Source of the DNA: Schmidtea nova
Lineage: Eukaryota
Length of the DNA: 64,000 bases
NCBI GenBank assembly: GCA_044892505.1
Contig: CM097883.1
Span: 183,644,001 to 183,708,000 of the forward strand
Direction of reading: 5' to 3'
The position numbers and the translations under genes were made by a program. The notes beneath the pieces were generated by a model. That model had not been told where the DNA came from and searched no databases. It saw only the letters and a list, made by a program, of their open reading frames with translations. Position 1 is the first letter of the stretch, and every line of letters begins with the position of its first letter. Positions 60,205 through 64,000 of this stretch are shown piece by piece.

Positions 60205-61154
60205 TAAGGGGAGCATCGTTGGTTATCGACAACGAGGTTAACGACCTCTCTGTTGCGATTCCTTCGCGGATTGCGTTGATGCGGCGACATGTACCAATCT
60301 AAAATGGAAGGAGAAAAGATTTGCACATAGGATATTTCAATAAAGCGTTTTGATAAAGTTAGTAAATGTATTAAACATTGAGAAGGTTGTGGTGAACATA
60401 TTTCAAAGCCGGTTATTGTAGTAAAAAACAGGGAGTATCAATAGAGCATTTTTCAGGAAATCGATAAGGACGTTAGCAAAATAAGATGTTCTCATAAACG
60501 ATTTTTCATAAAGTTGGTCAATATATATATAAGATAAGGGTATTACTAGCAAACGTCGGTTCGTATGATCGTTAATGTAGATCAAACCCATGGATGTTTT
60601 AATAAAGCAAAATATAGTGTATTAAAATATAGGAGGTTTATTAGGATAATAACTTATCATGTATAGCCATACTAAATCGTTGTTTATTATTTGCTTTTGC
60701 CTTATTATTATTAATTATGTCAGTTAAACCCCCATATTATTTTTCATACCCTTATGTTTTGTTTTAATGAATAAATTTTAGTAGATGAGTCCAACGTGAT
60801 ATAATGCCGCGAAGGTGGATGTCATACAGGTGGGGCTTTCAGAGCTCCACGGTAAGTTAAATTCGAAGTAAATTGAAGTGCTAGGGGAGGGTAATGCACA
60901 TGTGGAACATACAAATCAATTTGAGAAGTTCGGCCGATTATTCAGTGATTAGCAGGTTTTACTTATAACCCGAGTATACTCCAAGTAAGAGAACTCGGCG
61001 AAAGGAGCTTCACTGCCATGTCAACCACTGAAGTGATATGTTTTATAGCGTTATAAATTTAACCCAATGTAAATATCCACAAGGTAAAGTTAGGAATAAC
61101 ATTTCCCCGTCGTCATAAATCATATAATAAAAAGTGGAGATTTTAACACATTTA

Positions 61155-61454
61155 CTATCCAAAAATTGGCATATCCATATTATTCCACCTATCGAGTAGG
61201 AAATGGCGATGCCAAAAATTCGCCCAATTCCAACTGGGACTTGGTGAGATAGCCTGTCGAAACTCGACCCAGAAATCGAGATATTCCTTCAAGACGATAG
61301 ATATCATCACGTTAATTAACTGACCAACTAGCCACTGCAATTCCGAAATCGAGAGTTCGAGACCTGTCAGCCGAAGACGGCCAAGCGACACTTTATCTCC
61401 ATCTGTTGGAAGTGGTTTATTGAGTAATTGACCCATTAACGAAAGGACAAACAC
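61155..61454 (-). pseudogene. Probable endogenous rhabdovirus L C-terminal-domain fragment
   Basis: PLPTDG...LG..LTGL and RQAI...SWNW resemble my recollection of vesiculovirus PPSDG..VG..ITGI and lyssavirus KQVI...SWSW; not confirmed by search. Confidence 0.45.
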
Positions 61455-61467
61455 CCGGGAATATGAG

Positions 61468-62530
61468 CAGAGCCGGATTAAACTTTTGTAGGCCTGTTTC
61501 AGAACTATAGTGTAGGCCCCTTAGATGCTTGCAGAAACATATAATTGTATACGGGTATAATTGTTAATCGCCTTTTACATTGTTGTTTTTACTTATTGCG
61601 TAATAAGTTTACATATATAAAGTACTAATATGTTTACGAAATATAATTACATTTTTAATGCCAAAGAATGTTATAATATAATAAAATATAATTGTTATAA
61701 TGTTATAATATAATAAAATATAATTACTCGTCCTATGTTGTGCATAATGTTAAAAATCTCGACGACGCGACTTAATTGATGAAAAAGAGTCAATGATATC
61801 CTGAAAGTCAAGGCTTTGGACGATTTCGTATTCAATATCCATCAGTGTTAAGCTGCTTAATCTTTCTTGAGCCAGGGTTGATCTTACAGCATTTTTAATG
61901 CGTTTGAGATGACTGAAGGAGCGTTCGTCGCTGCAGTTAGAAACCGGCAAAGTTAGATAAATGCGCAAAGCGACATACACATTTGCAAATCCTGTCTGAA
62001 GATTCAATTCATTCAAAAGTTTCAACATTTCAAGTGGTGTTTTCTTTGTCGGTAATGATCGCATTTCTTTTAGAAAAGTTCTCCACTGAATCCACTCATC
62101 ACAGAGTTCATCAGTGACATCATCAGAGTAGAATTTCAAACAATTTCAAAGATTCCATTGTTGCAGTGCTGTTTTCATCATACGCAGTATAAAAAATAAC
62201 AACGATCGTCGATTGCTTTATATGCTGCAATTCTACGGTTAAGATCGGTAACAAGTGAATCAATTATAACATAATAGGTATCAACTTTGAACTTCTCTTC
62301 CCCCGTTAAAACAACAGCTGACTCATTGCTATCGTCTGCTCTGCGTTTTGGTTGACGTGCGCGTCTTGTTTCGAATTTCTTTTCTGAGCACAATTCTGCA
62401 GCGGTATCTCGATAAAATTCAAATCTATTCCTCTGAGATGCTAGAAATTCCGACAATGACTTCAGTAGTCCTACTGCAGTACACAGATCCATTTTTTCTG
62501 ATTGCAACAGCTGGCTTATATCATTTATGC
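61468..62530 (-). mobile_element. hAT transposon, 3' part (ZMYM1-like transposase C-terminus and dimerisation domain)
   Basis: TIR CAGAGCCGGATT at 61468; LTLPVSNCSDERSFSHLKRIK...RSTL.QERL motif. Confidence 0.88.
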
Positions 62531-62540
62531 GTTCCAGAAT

Positions 62541-62650
62541 TAGAGCATCTAAACCGGTTAAAACCGAAACCGGTTAACCGGTTAATCGGAGGTTTTTTAA
62601 AAAACCGTAAACCGGGTTATTTTACACGGTTAACCGGTTTTTCCAATTAT
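62541..62650. mobile_element. hAT/MITE-type end with AACCGGTT repeats
   Basis: TAGAGCATCTAAACCGGTT followed by several (A)ACCGGTT palindromes; a 36-bp tandem duplication follows at ~62755-62822. Confidence 0.55.
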
Positions 62651-63199
62651 TTAATTAAATATAAAGAATATTCAGTTTTTATTCACACAGTTATAAATTA
62701 CGCGCTCAACTCGAGGATTACATTCAAAATAGAAAAGGTGTCAACAAAAGTGCCATTTCTAAGAAACACTTATATGCCTTCGGTTCCGTTTCTAAGAAAC
62801 ACAAAATATGCCTTCGGTTCCGCAGAAAGGTTCGTTCAGGTACTTTCTTTGGGAAAGGGTTAGCCAACTATCTATTGTTATGTTTTTCTACGACGCAAAG
62901 CATAAATAAACTACAAAAATCAGTCGTTAATTTCACGTTGCGTTTGAAAGTTGTGTTTTGCTGACAAGAAGGAAATTAAAGTGATTTGGCAACCCGTGTC
63001 CATAATTGCAATCAACAAGTCTATCAGGTAATTAATATTACGTGTATTGCATGTTATAAGTGTATAGTCAAATAACAATTCATTTTTACCAATTTTATAA
63101 AAAAAATGTTATTTGTTATAAATATAAACTTAAATCAATATACTAATATGTTATATGTATGTGTATAGTTGAAATTAATATATTTATAAAATATTTTAG

Positions 63200-64000
63200 C
63201 AACCATAAAAAATGAATTCGAAAAAATCAAGCGTTTGGAGCTATTTTGACAAGGACATTACCACATAGACACCTAAATGTAATACAGGTTGCGATAGTAC
63301 ACTATCTGTAGAACATATAGTTGGAAATTTATTGGACTTTCAGGAAGCAATTATTGGACAAAGGGACCTTTAAATCCTTACCTCGGATCTAGAACGGCTG
63401 AGAGCATCAGCATCTATCAGCCGTGGGAAAAGGAGACCGAGCTGCCGATTATTAAAAAGGAAATGAATATGAGGAGAGCAATTGGATGGTTTGTGGATAG
63501 AGACTCCAGTCCCGGAAGACTTATTTTCTCAAACCTCCTAGCTCTCACAGGAGAGGATTTGTCGGTGTCCGTATCAAATTTTGAACGAACAGAAAACCCT
63601 ATTCATAGGCTTTACTGCTCTCGCCAAAACAACTCGGGGCAGCCTGGAGTCTCTCCTAACGTCTTGAGACATATAATGGTAACGGCAGATCAGCTCGAAG
63701 ATCTGATCAAAACCAATTATGATTTTATGTATCAGTCTCTTTTGATTATGCAGAGGTGATGATGAAATTAGAGAAGATAAATACATCTAGAATTCACTAT
63801 CATATAAATTGTTTCACATGTCTAAGACCTATTGATTATTTCAAACTGAGTTCAGATATTGAGTATGAATTCCCAGATGTTTCACTTCAAATGAAACGGA
63901 TGGTTACATGTGAACTATCTTTGTTAAAAAGACTTCCCTTGATGCCAAAGTCCTATCAAATTCATATCAAATTAAGTTCTGAAGAACTTTCTTTTCATAT
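63200..64000 (+). pseudogene. Endogenous rhabdovirus L (polymerase) fragment, capping/PRNTase domain; continues beyond the window
   Basis: GPLNPYLGSRTAES (GxxT), QPWEKE, AIGWFV, LTGED, RTENPIHR (HR motif), NYDFMYQ, HYHINCFTCLRPI and PDVS are collinear with VSV L; about two frameshifts. Confidence 0.92.

Overview
Very AT-rich eukaryotic (metazoan) DNA. The mix of 42-59 nt and >10 kb introns, (TAA)n tracts, multi-kb LTRs and Mavericks suggests a planarian-like flatworm, but that is inference only. Host genes: (1) a + strand ADAM/reprolysin metalloprotease with 10 reconstructable exons (52-29516) that ends straight after the Cys-rich domain, with no EGF or transmembrane segment; (2) a - strand RDH-like SDR exon (49072-49912); (3) a degraded phosphatidate cytidylyltransferase copy. 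Most of the rest is nested mobile DNA. It includes a young Ty3/gypsy inside an older gypsy, several solo LTRs, BEL/Pao, hAT/hATm, Tc1, pogo/Tigger, Harbinger and Penelope pieces. It also includes a decayed Maverick/Polinton (ATPase, intron-containing integrase, penton, truncated capsid) split by a 10-kb, almost fully palindromic non-autonomous Maverick (AGTAG...CTACT ends, 6-bp TSD). Endogenous rhabdovirus L-gene fragments lie at the right end. The best candidate for a new system is a 2.74-kb solo LTR (TG...CA, 4-bp TSD; a second diverged copy at 50.0-52.05 kb). It encodes a conserved ~200-aa coiled-coil protein with a Lys/Arg-rich motif, downstream of two arrays of conserved RNA hairpins, one of which displays Pumilio-type UGUAHAUA motifs. 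It also has a covarying GNRA-capped structure shared with another LTR family. All alignments were made by eye; no database searches were run.
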